From positions 1,303-65,302 of the forward strand of contig CANRCV010000003.1 in NCBI GenBank assembly GCA_947629205.1: a stretch of DNA of 64,000 bases, read 5' to 3'. The stretch's first letter is position 1; the number at the start of each line of letters is the position of its first letter. Under the pieces are notes generated by a model, which searched no databases, was not told where the DNA came from, and saw only the letters and a list, made by a program, of their open reading frames with translations. The DNA comes from an uncultured Bacilli bacterium (GTDB taxonomy: Bacteria > Bacillota_I > Bacilli_A > RF39 > UBA660). The position numbers and the translations under genes were made by a program. Below are positions 9,704 through 19,018 of the stretch, one piece after another.

Positions 9704-11845
9704 ATGAAAGTAAAACAAGAAAATTTTATTTATATTTCTATCTTATTATGGCCAGTGTTGGATTTTATCTCTTTTTTAAATCCTATTGGTAATAGTATTT
9801 CTTTAATCGCTAAAGGTATTTTTCTAGGGTTTGTTCTTTTCTATTTGATTAAGAAAACCGAACATAAAAAAATATTTCTCTTTTTAGGTATTTATTTTTT
9901 TATCTTTCTTTATTTTACCTTTACCAATCATTCTACTATATTCTTAGAAATACAAAATCTTTTGACCATTTTTTCTTTTCCTATCTTTTTATTGTTCTTT
10001 TCTTCGATTGAAAATAAAAAAATTAATTATAGTTTAATGCCTATTCTTTATTTTATATCGACAAGCTTCTTTCTTATTTTATCTGTAAGTTCTATTTCTA
10101 TACCGTCTTCTTTCTTATTTGTCTTTTTAATTTTATTTGCTCTTAGTATTACTTATGTTTTAGAAAGCCATAGTTATATTTTAAAAGGAGTCTTTGTTTT
10201 TGCTACCTTTTTCCTATCCTTATACTTATCTTCTAAAATCTTTACTTTTGGTGTTCTTCTTATTACTCTTTTGGTGTTGCTGTTTCATTTTAAACAATGT
10301 ATTGGATATATAAAGAAAAATCAATTTCCTAGTTTTTGTCTTATTTGCATTATTCTACTTTGTGGCTCTTTATCTTATCAAGCCATAAACTTTGCATCTA
10401 TAAAAAATAAAACTGTTTATACAACTAGAATAGAGAATCAAAAAGAAACCGCACTTTCTTATAAAAATGCTGAAGGTTTATTTAAAGTTCTAGGTTTAAA
10501 ACAAGAAGAGGTTAAAATAGAAGCTGATGTTTTAACGCTTTATTACAGTATTGGTTTTGTTGGTTGTTTCTTTTATTTACTATTTCTTTTATATGCTTTT
10601 AGAAAAAGTACATTAAAAAGAAAAGAAGGTTTTTGGTGTATACTTTTCTTCTGTCTTTCTTTTTTAGGAAATGTTTATACAAATTTTTATGTTATTTTTT
10701 ATATCTCTTTAGTATGTATTCTTTCAAAAACGGATAGCAAAAAACTCACAAAAGATATTTTAATGGTTAGTAATATGTATCCAAGTTTAGAGTATCCACA
10801 TTATGGTATATTTACTAAAAACGCTTATGAATTACTTTGTAATCAAGGGTATAAGATTGATTTAGTGGTTATGAAAAAAACGGAAGGAAAGTTAAAAAAA
10901 TTCATAGCTTATGTTAAAATGTGTGGAACCTCTTTATTAAAAGCAATATTTTATAATTATGACTTTTTCTATGTTCATTTTGCTTCTCATACTCCAGCTG
11001 GAGTGTTTATTCCTTATCTTTTTTCTAGAGATACAAAATACGTTTTAAATGTACATGGAAATGATATTGTTGCTGATACCAAAGTAGATCAAAACTATTT
11101 ACTATTAAGTCGTCTTTTTCTTAAATGGACAAATATCGTTATTGCTCCTTCTACTTATTTTAAAAATATTTTAATAAAAGACTATAAAATACCAAGTACG
11201 AAAATCGTTGTCTATCCATCTGGAGGAGTTGATTGTGAGAAATTTAAGAAAATAAATAAAAAAACAGCCCTTAAGAATAGTAACTTAGATCCTCAATATA
11301 AATATTTTGGTTTTGTTGCACGTCTTGAAAAAGATAAAGGATATGATACGTATTTAAAAGCTATATATGAAATGGAAAAAACAAGAAAGTATAAAGATAT
11401 TCGTTATTTATTAGTTGGTCAAGGAAAAGAAGAAGAAAACGTTGCTTCCTTGATAAAAAAATATCGTTTAGGTAAGAAAGTCATTCGTCTTCCTTTCCAA
11501 ACCCAAGAAGAACTAGTCAATATTTATAATAGCTTAGAAGCCTTTATTTATCCTACTCGAATGAAAAGTGAAAGTTTAGGACTTACTGGTTTAGAAGCTA
11601 TGGCTTGTGAATGTTTGGTAATTGGTAGTAATAAATATGGTCCAAGTGATTATTTAATCCATAAAGAAAATAGTTATACTTTTAATCCTATTGATGCGAA
11701 ATTACTAGAAGAATATATGATTGAGGTCTTATCGATGGATAAGAAAGAAAAAAGTAAAATTGTAAAAAATGCCCGAAAGAAAAGTATGGAATATAGTTTA
11801 GAAAATACAAAAGAAATTCTTTTGAACGTTTTTGAAAAGGAATAA
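9704..11845 (+). CDS. membrane protein with N-terminal polytopic domain (O-antigen ligase/polymerase-like?) fused to C-terminal GT4 (GT1-fold) glycosyltransferase
   Basis: 713 aa, about 10 predicted TM segments in the first 340 aa. The C-terminal part carries the GT4 EX7E-type motif ESLGLTGLEAMACECLVIGS. Confidence 0.65.
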   Translation: MKVKQENFIYISILLWPVLDFISFLNPIGNSISLIAKGIFLGFVLFYLIKKTEHKKIFLFLGIYFFIFLYFTFTNHSTIFLEIQNLLTIFSFPIFLLFFSSIENKKINYSLMPILYFISTSFFLILSVSSISIPSSFLFVFLILFALSITYVLESHSYILKGVFVFATFFLSLYLSSKIFTFGVLLITLLVLLFHFKQCIGYIKKNQFPSFCLICIILLCGSLSYQAINFASIKNKTVYTTRIENQKETALSYKNAEGLFKVLGLKQEEVKIEADVLTLYYSIGFVGCFFYLLFLLYAFRKSTLKRKEGFWCILFFCLSFLGNVYTNFYVIFYISLVCILSKTDSKKLTKDILMVSNMYPSLEYPHYGIFTKNAYELLCNQGYKIDLVVMKKTEGKLKKFIAYVKMCGTSLLKAIFYNYDFFYVHFASHTPAGVFIPYLFSRDTKYVLNVHGNDIVADTKVDQNYLLLSRLFLKWTNIVIAPSTYFKNILIKDYKIPSTKIVVYPSGGVDCEKFKKINKKTALKNSNLDPQYKYFGFVARLEKDKGYDTYLKAIYEMEKTRKYKDIRYLLVGQGKEEENVASLIKKYRLGKKVIRLPFQTQEELVNIYNSLEAFIYPTRMKSESLGLTGLEAMACECLVIGSNKYGPSDYLIHKENSYTFNPIDAKLLEEYMIEVLSMDKKEKSKIVKNARKKSMEYSLENTKEILLNVFEKE

Positions 11846-12056
11846 AAAAGATAGTTATCGACCACTTTTGCACTTATATACTCAAAAATTGGTCAATAAC
11901 TTGACTTTTTCCTTCTTTTTTTTTATAAAAGCTATTATTAACCAGTTTGTATTATTGTTAGAATATTCAAGTGCTATTACTTACTTTGAGTTGTTATATC
12001 CATTTTTTAAATTGCATAACCCTATTAAAAATGGTAAAATACAAATTAGGTGACAT

Positions 12057-12503
12057 ATGAATAGTTTAAAAATAATATTAAAAATTATTTTAATCGGTTT
12101 TTTTATTTTCGTAATTACTCGATTTTATCAAATTGGTATTGTTTTTGGTCATTCTATGGAACCAACTTTAAAACCATATCATTTGCTTGTAATTCAAAAA
12201 TTTCATTTTAATATTGAAGCAAATGATATTGTGATTATCAAAAAAAAGAATCAGTATATGATTAAAAGAGTTATTGGATTACCAAATGATGAGGTGCAAA
12301 TAAAAGAGTATCCTTATATTAATGGGAACCAATTTGATAATGTATGGATAGAAAATCCAGGTGAAATAACAGAGGTTTTGTTAAAAGAAAACGAATACTT
12401 TGTTTTAGGAGACAATCGACAAAATAGTATTGATAGTCGTTTTTCACAAATTGGAATTATTGAAAGAAAAGAGATTATTGGTAAAGTATTAGGAAGGAAG
12501 TAA
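12057..12503 (+). CDS. lepB: signal peptidase I (S26 family)
   Basis: 148 aa with an N-terminal TM segment. Catalytic Ser box GHSMEPT, Lys box IKRVIGLPND, and GDNRQNSIDSR. Confidence 0.85.
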   Translation: MNSLKIILKIILIGFFIFVITRFYQIGIVFGHSMEPTLKPYHLLVIQKFHFNIEANDIVIIKKKNQYMIKRVIGLPNDEVQIKEYPYINGNQFDNVWIENPGEITEVLLKENEYFVLGDNRQNSIDSRFSQIGIIERKEIIGKVLGRK

Positions 12504-12507
12504 AAAT

Positions 12508-14337
12508 ATGCAAGCAATTATGTTAGCAGCTGGAATGGGGAAAAGACTAGGAAAATATACAAAAGATAATACAAAATGTATGTTAGAAATTAATGGCAAA
12601 ACATTAATTGAAAGAGCAATTGAAGCTCTAATTGACTCCGGGGGGGGGGTTACAAAGTTAATAATTGTTACTGGATATAAAGGAGAAAATTTAAAAAAAT
12701 TTTTATTAGAAGAATGTAAAAATGAAAAAATAAAACAACTACCTTTGGAATTTATTGATAATCCAGAATATAATAAAACTAATAATATATATTCTTTGTA
12801 TTTAGCAAAAGAAGCATTAGAAAAAGATGATACAATTCTTTTAGAATCTGATTTAATCTATGATGGAAAACTTATTAAAAAGTTAATAGAATCTCCTGAG
12901 AAAAATTTGGTTTCTGTTGCTAAATATAAACAATGGATGGATGGAACCGTTATTAAAGTTGATGATCAACAAAATGTAATTGAATTTATTGAAAAGAAAA
13001 ATTTTAATTATGAAGAAATAGAAAATTATTATAAAACGGTTAATATTTATAAATTAAGTAAAGAATTTTCCCATCAAGTTTTTATTCCTTTTTTAAAAAG
13101 TTATATTCAAGCCTATGGTAATAATGAGTACTATGAATTAGTATTAAAAATTATTGCCCATTTATCCCGTAGTCAATTAAAAGCATTGGATGTATCAAAC
13201 ATTCTTTGGTATGAGATAGATGATGCACAAGATTATGATATTGCTACTTGTATGTTTTCAAGCGGTAAAGAAAAACTAGAAAATTTTCAAAAACGATATG
13301 GTGGTTACTGGAGATTTGAAAATATATTAGATTATTGCTATTTAGTAAATCCTTATTATCCACCAAAACAATTAATGGAGAAAATAAATTATTTTTCCAA
13401 CAATTTAATTACACAATATCCTTCTGGTCAAAAAATTGAATGTATTAATGCAAGTCGTTTATTTAATGTAGATGAAAATTATTTATGTGTTGGGAATGGA
13501 GCTGCTGAATTAATTAATATTTTAGGAAATATTTTAAAAGGAAAAATGTATGTTCCAAAAACAGCATTTAATGAATATATTCGTTGTTTTAAAAATAATG
13601 AATTTACTTTATTTGATATGGAAAAAAATAATTTTCAATATGATTTACAAGATATTAAGAAAAATATCTCTTTGAATGAGATTATTTGTTTAGTAAATCC
13701 TGATAATCCTTCCGGAACATTTTTATCTTTTGAAGAAATAATTTCTATTTTAGAACAATGTAAAAAAGAAAATAAAATAGTTATTTTTGATGAATCATTT
13801 ATTGATTTTGTTAATCCAAATAAAAGATATACTTTATTACAAAATGAAATTTTAGAAAAATATCAAAATTTAATTGTAATTAAAAGTATTAGTAAATCTT
13901 ATGGCATTCCTGGTTTAAGATTAGGTATTTTGGCAACAAGCAATCTATCATTAATGGAAGAAATAAAAAGAAATATTTCGATATGGAATATTAATTCTTA
14001 TGGAGAATATTTCTTACAAATTGCTAATCTTTATAGCAAAGAATATATAAAATCTTGTGATAAAATTGCTATAGAAAGAGATCGCTTTATGGAAGAGTTA
14101 TCTAAAATTAATGGTGTAATTGTTTATCCATCTGAAGCAAATTATGTTTTGTGTAAATTAAAAAATTATAACTCAACAAAATTAGCCATTCAATTGTTAG
14201 ATCAAAATATTTTTATTAAAGATTTAAGAACAAAAAATGCATTTAATGATAAAGATTACATTCGACTTGCCATTAGAACAAAAGAAGAAAATGATGTTTT
14301 GGTTCGTGAAATCAAAAAATCTTTAAAGGGTGAGTAG
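12508..14337 (+). CDS. bifunctional LicC-like nucleotidyltransferase (N-term) / class I-II PLP-dependent aminotransferase or decarboxylase (HisC/CobD-like, C-term); contains an in-frame G10 tract
   Basis: N-terminal MQAIMLAAGMGKRLG matches the NTP-transferase G-rich loop. The C-terminal half has the PLP-lysine context SKSYGIPGLRLGIL. The tract at 12640-12649 encodes GGG. Confidence 0.7.
   Translation: MQAIMLAAGMGKRLGKYTKDNTKCMLEINGKTLIERAIEALIDSGGGVTKLIIVTGYKGENLKKFLLEECKNEKIKQLPLEFIDNPEYNKTNNIYSLYLAKEALEKDDTILLESDLIYDGKLIKKLIESPEKNLVSVAKYKQWMDGTVIKVDDQQNVIEFIEKKNFNYEEIENYYKTVNIYKLSKEFSHQVFIPFLKSYIQAYGNNEYYELVLKIIAHLSRSQLKALDVSNILWYEIDDAQDYDIATCMFSSGKEKLENFQKRYGGYWRFENILDYCYLVNPYYPPKQLMEKINYFSNNLITQYPSGQKIECINASRLFNVDENYLCVGNGAAELINILGNILKGKMYVPKTAFNEYIRCFKNNEFTLFDMEKNNFQYDLQDIKKNISLNEIICLVNPDNPSGTFLSFEEIISILEQCKKENKIVIFDESFIDFVNPNKRYTLLQNEILEKYQNLIVIKSISKSYGIPGLRLGILATSNLSLMEEIKRNISIWNINSYGEYFLQIANLYSKEYIKSCDKIAIERDRFMEELSKINGVIVYPSEANYVLCKLKNYNSTKLAIQLLDQNIFIKDLRTKNAFNDKDYIRLAIRTKEENDVLVREIKKSLKGE
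12640..12649 (+). repeat. homopolymeric G10 tract (simple sequence repeat) inside the nucleotidyltransferase domain coding region
   Basis: Counted directly: ...gactccGGGGGGGGGGttacaaag, translated DSGGGVTK, in frame. Confidence 0.9.
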
Positions 14338-15952
14338 TATGAAAAAATTAATTTATTCTTATATAATTACTTTTGCATTATGTTTTATGTTATTTTTATA
14401 TGAACCAATCATGATGTATGCTAATAATATTAATGATTTTTGGTTTGATTTAGGCATTGCCTTTTTTCCTTTCTTAAAATTATTTTTAGGTATTTTCATC
14501 ATAGGGGTCTTGTTATTAACTTTGCTTTATTTTTTGAATTCTAAATTATTAAAAAATAAAAATATTTTTTCTGTTTTAATTATTATTGAATTTATTTGCT
14601 TTTTAGCAACTTATATTCAAGGAAATTATTTAATTAAAGATTTACCCATTTTAGATGGTAGTGCAATTGCATGGTCTTCTTTTACTAAGGAAAATATTAT
14701 TACGCTTTTTGTTTGGCTTTTCATTATAATTCTTACAATTTTTTGTATTAAAAAAGTAAAATTAGAAAATACCTTAAAATATGCATCCTTTCTTTCTTTA
14801 GCGGTTTTTGCCATGCTTACAACCTCATTGATTTCTACTCTTATGACTACTGATGCATTAAAAAGTAAGGATGGCATTAATATTACTAATGAAAATTTAG
14901 ATACTATTTCTAACAATGATAATTTTTTAATCTTTTTAGTGGATGCAATAGATTCACAAACTTTTAATCAAATATTACAAGATAATGAGGATTATAAAAA
15001 GGTATTTGCAGATTTTACTTATTTTCCTGATACATTATCTGCATATCCATTTACAAGAGATTCTATTCCTTATATTTTATCTGGAATATGGAATAAAAAT
15101 GAACAAGAATTTAGTGACTATTCAAGTAATGCATTAAATAATTCACCATTTTTTGCAGAATTAACAAATAGAAACTATCAAATAAATTTATATGATGATG
15201 AACTAATTTGGAATGGTAAAGGTCATGATATATTGCAAAATATATCGTCAATAAAAAATTCAAATATTGATTTAACTAGCTTTTATAAACAAGAATTAAA
15301 ATATATTTTGTTTAAGTATTTACCATATAACTTAAAAAAATATTCAAGGATTGAATATATGAATTTTAATATGAGCATAGAAAAATTTAGATGGAATAAT
15401 GATTTAATTTATGAAAATTTAAAAGATAATCAAACTCTTCGTAAAGTGAATAAAAATCAATTTCAATTTGTGCATGCTGAAGGAGGACATGTACCATTTG
15501 ATTATGACAAAGATTTAAATAAGATTGAAAATGGTACATATGGTCAAAAAGTAGAAGCTTCTATTACCTTAATTAAAACTTATTTGGAACGTTTAAAAGA
15601 TAATAATAGTTATGATAATTCTAATATTATTATTATGGCTGACCATGGTTTTGCATTTGATTTGATCGATCCACGTTTCAATCCAATATTACTAATTAAA
15701 GGAAAAAATGAGCATCATGATTTAGAAATTTCAAATCTTCCTATTTCCTATGAAGATTTGCAATCTGCTTACATTGATTTATTAGATAATAAAAAAAGTG
15801 ATGAATTATTTGCAAATATTCCAGAAAAAAGAACTAGAAAACTGATATGGTATATATATGGAAGAGAAAACCATATGGTAGAATTTGAAACAAATGACAA
15901 AGCTTACGAATCGAATAAATATAAAGCAACAGGGAATATATATGATAGGTAG
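14330..15952 (+). CDS. LtaS/sulfatase (alkaline-phosphatase superfamily) membrane enzyme, phospho-headgroup transferase-like
   Basis: 5 N-terminal TM segments followed by an extracellular domain with LIFLVDAIDSQTF, HAEGGHVPFDYD and IIIMADHGFAF motifs. 8-nt overlap with the upstream gene. Confidence 0.65.
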   Translation: MSSMKKLIYSYIITFALCFMLFLYEPIMMYANNINDFWFDLGIAFFPFLKLFLGIFIIGVLLLTLLYFLNSKLLKNKNIFSVLIIIEFICFLATYIQGNYLIKDLPILDGSAIAWSSFTKENIITLFVWLFIIILTIFCIKKVKLENTLKYASFLSLAVFAMLTTSLISTLMTTDALKSKDGINITNENLDTISNNDNFLIFLVDAIDSQTFNQILQDNEDYKKVFADFTYFPDTLSAYPFTRDSIPYILSGIWNKNEQEFSDYSSNALNNSPFFAELTNRNYQINLYDDELIWNGKGHDILQNISSIKNSNIDLTSFYKQELKYILFKYLPYNLKKYSRIEYMNFNMSIEKFRWNNDLIYENLKDNQTLRKVNKNQFQFVHAEGGHVPFDYDKDLNKIENGTYGQKVEASITLIKTYLERLKDNNSYDNSNIIIMADHGFAFDLIDPRFNPILLIKGKNEHHDLEISNLPISYEDLQSAYIDLLDNKKSDELFANIPEKRTRKLIWYIYGRENHMVEFETNDKAYESNKYKATGNIYDR

Positions 15953-15960
15953 GTGCGAAT

Positions 15961-18024
15961 ATGTTTATAGTTGATATTTTAGGAAACTTAATGCGTATTT
16001 TTTATAATTTGTTTCATAATTATGGACTAGCCATTTTACTATTTACTTTGTTTAGTAAAATTATTTTGCTTCCTATATCTGTATGGGTACAAAAAAATTC
16101 TATAAAAATGGTAAAAATGCAACCCAGTATAAATCGAATTAAGATAAATTATTTTGGTGATAAAGATAAAATAGCAGAGGAAGAATCGATTTTATATCAT
16201 AAAGAAAAATATAATGCCTTTGCATCATTAATACCATTAATCATTCAAATTGGATTATTATTATGTTTAGTAGAAGTAATTAATCATCCTTTAACTTATC
16301 TTTTAAATACTCCAAAAGAAACAACTCAACAATTAACCAATATTATGGTTGAACAAAGAGGCTCAAATCCTGAATCTTCCTCTTTAGAAATTGAGGTTGT
16401 CAAAGAGATAAAAAAAGAGAATCAACAAAATATTTTTTCTACTGTTGAAAATCATGAAGCAATAGAAGAACAAGTCAAAAATTTAAACTTTAATTTTTTA
16501 GGATTTGATTTAACTTGGATTGCCGTTGTGGAACAACATTTATCTATTTGGGTACCAATACTTGCTGGATTAAGTGCTTTATTTATGTGCTTTGCTCAAA
16601 ATAAAATCAATGTTTTGCAACAAGAACAATCTAATTGGAATAAATATGGAATGCTTATTTTTTCTGTTGGATTATCTTTATATTTAGGTGCTTTTGTTCC
16701 AGCAGGTGTTGCTCTTTACTGGATTTATAGTAATTTATTTGCTGTTTTACAACAATGGCTTTTAAATTTATGGATTAACCCGAAAAAATATATAGATTAT
16801 AAAGAATTAGAAACAACAAATGAAGAATTAAAGGCATTAAAAGAAATTAAAAATAAAAATAAATTAACAAAAGAAGAAAGAAAAAAAGCAAAAAACGATT
16901 ATAAAAGATTTTTTAAAGTCGTTAATAAGCATTTGGTTTTCTATTCAGAAAGTAATGGCTTTTATAAATATTATAAGGGGATAATTGAATATTTATTAAA
17001 AAATACAAATATAGTTATTCATTATATTACAAGTGATTATCATGATCAAATATTTGATTTAGAAAAAGAAAACCACCAAATCAAAGCTTATTTTATTGAT
17101 GAAAAAAGATTAATTACTTTGATGATGAAAATAGATGCTGACGTAGTAGTAATGACTATGCCAGATTTACAAACCTATCATATTAAAAGAAGCTATTTGA
17201 GAAAAGATATTGAATATATTTATATTCCTCATGGAATGGATAGTTTAAATATGACTATGCGAACGGGTTCAATGAATTATTTCGATACTATTTATACTAC
17301 AGGACCTCATCAATATGATGAAGCTATCAAAACAAATGAATACTATCATTTGAATCGCAAAATTATTAAATGGGGCTATAGTTTACTTGATGATATGCTT
17401 AGTGAATATAAAAAAGAAAATAAGAATAAAACGAAGCAAATATTAATTGCTCCTTCTTGGCAAAAAGATAATATTATAGATTTATGTTTATCTAAAATTT
17501 TAGAGAAATTAAAAGATAAAAACTATGATTGTTATATTAGACCTCATCCACAAGAAATAAGAAGGAAAAAAGATAAATTTTTGCAAATGCAAGAAGAATA
17601 TAAAAAATATCCTAATATTCATTTTGAATTAGATTTTTCAAAAAATAGTACGGTATTTAATGCAGATTTACTTATTACAGATTGGTCTGGAATTGCTTTT
17701 GAATATGCTTTTACAACGAAAAAACCGGTTGTATTTATTGATACTCCAATGAAAGTAATGAATCCAGAATATAAAAATATTAAAGTAGAGCCTTTTAATA
17801 TATGGGCAAGAAAAGAATTAGGAGAGATTGTTAAAGTAGAAGAAATAAATACTATTGACCAAAAAATAGATTATATTATAAATCATTATAAAGAATATCA
17901 AGCAAAAATTAATAAATTAACAAAAGAATCTACTTATAATTTAGGTATAAGTGGTAAAGTTGGTGCAGAATATATTATTGAAACTATACAAAAGAAAATA
18001 GAAGAAAGAAGGAATGAAAAATGA
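15961..18024 (+). CDS. fusion protein: YidC/Oxa1-like membrane insertase domain (N-term, ~280 aa) + CDP-glycerol glycerophosphotransferase (TagF/TagB family) domain (C-term)
   Basis: NYGLAILLFTLFSKIILLPI...KMQP...YHKEKYNAFASLIPLIIQ...LYWIYSNLF parallels SpoIIIJ/YidC. The C-terminal part has the TagF-family IAPSWQKDN and ITDWSGIAFEYAF...KPVVFIDTP motifs. Confidence 0.65.
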   Translation: MFIVDILGNLMRIFYNLFHNYGLAILLFTLFSKIILLPISVWVQKNSIKMVKMQPSINRIKINYFGDKDKIAEEESILYHKEKYNAFASLIPLIIQIGLLLCLVEVINHPLTYLLNTPKETTQQLTNIMVEQRGSNPESSSLEIEVVKEIKKENQQNIFSTVENHEAIEEQVKNLNFNFLGFDLTWIAVVEQHLSIWVPILAGLSALFMCFAQNKINVLQQEQSNWNKYGMLIFSVGLSLYLGAFVPAGVALYWIYSNLFAVLQQWLLNLWINPKKYIDYKELETTNEELKALKEIKNKNKLTKEERKKAKNDYKRFFKVVNKHLVFYSESNGFYKYYKGIIEYLLKNTNIVIHYITSDYHDQIFDLEKENHQIKAYFIDEKRLITLMMKIDADVVVMTMPDLQTYHIKRSYLRKDIEYIYIPHGMDSLNMTMRTGSMNYFDTIYTTGPHQYDEAIKTNEYYHLNRKIIKWGYSLLDDMLSEYKKENKNKTKQILIAPSWQKDNIIDLCLSKILEKLKDKNYDCYIRPHPQEIRRKKDKFLQMQEEYKKYPNIHFELDFSKNSTVFNADLLITDWSGIAFEYAFTTKKPVVFIDTPMKVMNPEYKNIKVEPFNIWARKELGEIVKVEEINTIDQKIDYIINHYKEYQAKINKLTKESTYNLGISGKVGAEYIIETIQKKIEERRNEK

Positions 18025-18293
18025 AAAAAATGGTAAAAGAAATTTTATTTGTAGTAGTGTTTGGAGTAAGTTTTGCATTTTTATTTAGTTTAAATGTAAA
18101 TGCTTATATTGATCCATCGGTTATGACTTATGCTATTCAAGCAGTAGCTGGTATTGTGATTGCAGTTGGAGCAGTAATAGGTATTTACTTTCGTAAAGCA
18201 AAAAAGAAGATTAGTAAGAAATTAGGAATTGATGAAAATAAAAATAAAGAAATAGAAACTGATGAAATTGTTGTAAAAAATGACAAAAAATAA
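18021..18293 (+). CDS. small membrane protein (one TM, Lys-rich tail)
   Basis: 90-aa ORF overlapping the upstream stop by 4 nt. Hydrophobic core followed by a charged tail. Confidence 0.4.
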   Translation: MKKMVKEILFVVVFGVSFAFLFSLNVNAYIDPSVMTYAIQAVAGIVIAVGAVIGIYFRKAKKKISKKLGIDENKNKEIETDEIVVKNDKK

Positions 18294-18300
18294 TATAGAA

Positions 18301-18327
18301 AAAGGATGTTCTTATGCATCTTTTTTT
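18301..18327. terminator. putative rho-independent terminator after the small membrane-protein gene
   Basis: aaaaaggatgttcttatgcatcttttttt: short gatg/catc stem flanked by an A-run and a T7 run. The stem is weak. Confidence 0.4.
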
Positions 18328-18378
18328 CATTAGTATATACAATGGGAATTTCGAACAAATAATTCAATAGATTAAATG

Positions 18379-18407
18379 CTTGATTTTCACCATTTTTTAC
18401 TTTATAA
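18379..18407 (+). promoter_or_regulatory. sigma70-type promoter of the AbiE operon (TTGATT - 17 bp - TATAAT), followed by SD AAGAGGTG
   Basis: ttgattttcaccattttttactttataat read directly. The SD sits 6-7 nt before the ATG at about 18428. Coordinates are +/-1. Confidence 0.55.
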
Positions 18408-18427
18408 TGGTAAAAAGAGGTGAAAAT

Positions 18428-19018
18428 ATGATAATTACCAATACAATTTTTAAAAATAATAATCAACAATATAGGAATCAAAATAATAAATTAACAAGGG
18501 AAGTAAAAGCAAATAAGTTGTATAAAATTATAAATGGGTTATATGAAACAGATCCAAATACACCAGGCTATTTACTTGCTGGAAGTATTTATGGTCCATC
18601 TTATATTTCTTTTGAATATGCTCTTTCCTTTTATGGTCTAATTCCAGAAAGAGTAACTGTGATTACAAATGCTACTTTTGATAAGAAAAAGAAAAAAGAG
18701 TATCATACCTCATTTGGTGTTTTTACCTATAGGGATGTTCCTAAAGAGGTTTATGCCCAAGAAATTCTTTTAAAAGTAGAAAAAAATTATTCTTATCAAA
18801 TTGCAACTCCAGAAAAAGCCTTATGTGATAAGTTATATACTTTATCTCCGCTTCATAATTATAAGAATTTAGAAATAATGCTTTTTCAAGATTTACGTAT
18901 TGATGAAGAAGAATTTAATAAACTAGATGGAAATAAAATAAAAACACTAAGCCATTTCTATCATTCAACAAATATAAATTTATTAGCAAACTATATGAGG
19001 AGAAATAAACATGAATAA
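18428..19018 (+). CDS. AbiEi-family antitoxin-like transcriptional regulator (type IV TA / abortive infection)
   Basis: The track ORF begins at an upstream TTG. The ATG with a strong SD is the likely start. The C-terminal region (GYLLAGSIYGPSYISFEYALSFYGLIPE...ATPEKALCDKLY) resembles AbiEi/COG5340. 8-nt overlap with the AbiEii gene. Confidence 0.55.
   Translation: MIITNTIFKNNNQQYRNQNNKLTREVKANKLYKIINGLYETDPNTPGYLLAGSIYGPSYISFEYALSFYGLIPERVTVITNATFDKKKKKEYHTSFGVFTYRDVPKEVYAQEILLKVEKNYSYQIATPEKALCDKLYTLSPLHNYKNLEIMLFQDLRIDEEEFNKLDGNKIKTLSHFYHSTNINLLANYMRRNKHE

Noticed and set aside
11832-12053. 73-aa ORF in the intergenic region upstream of the signal peptidase gene
   Set aside because: No RBS and low-complexity content. 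The region contains promoter-like elements (TGGTAAAAT) for the downstream gene and is more plausibly non-coding.
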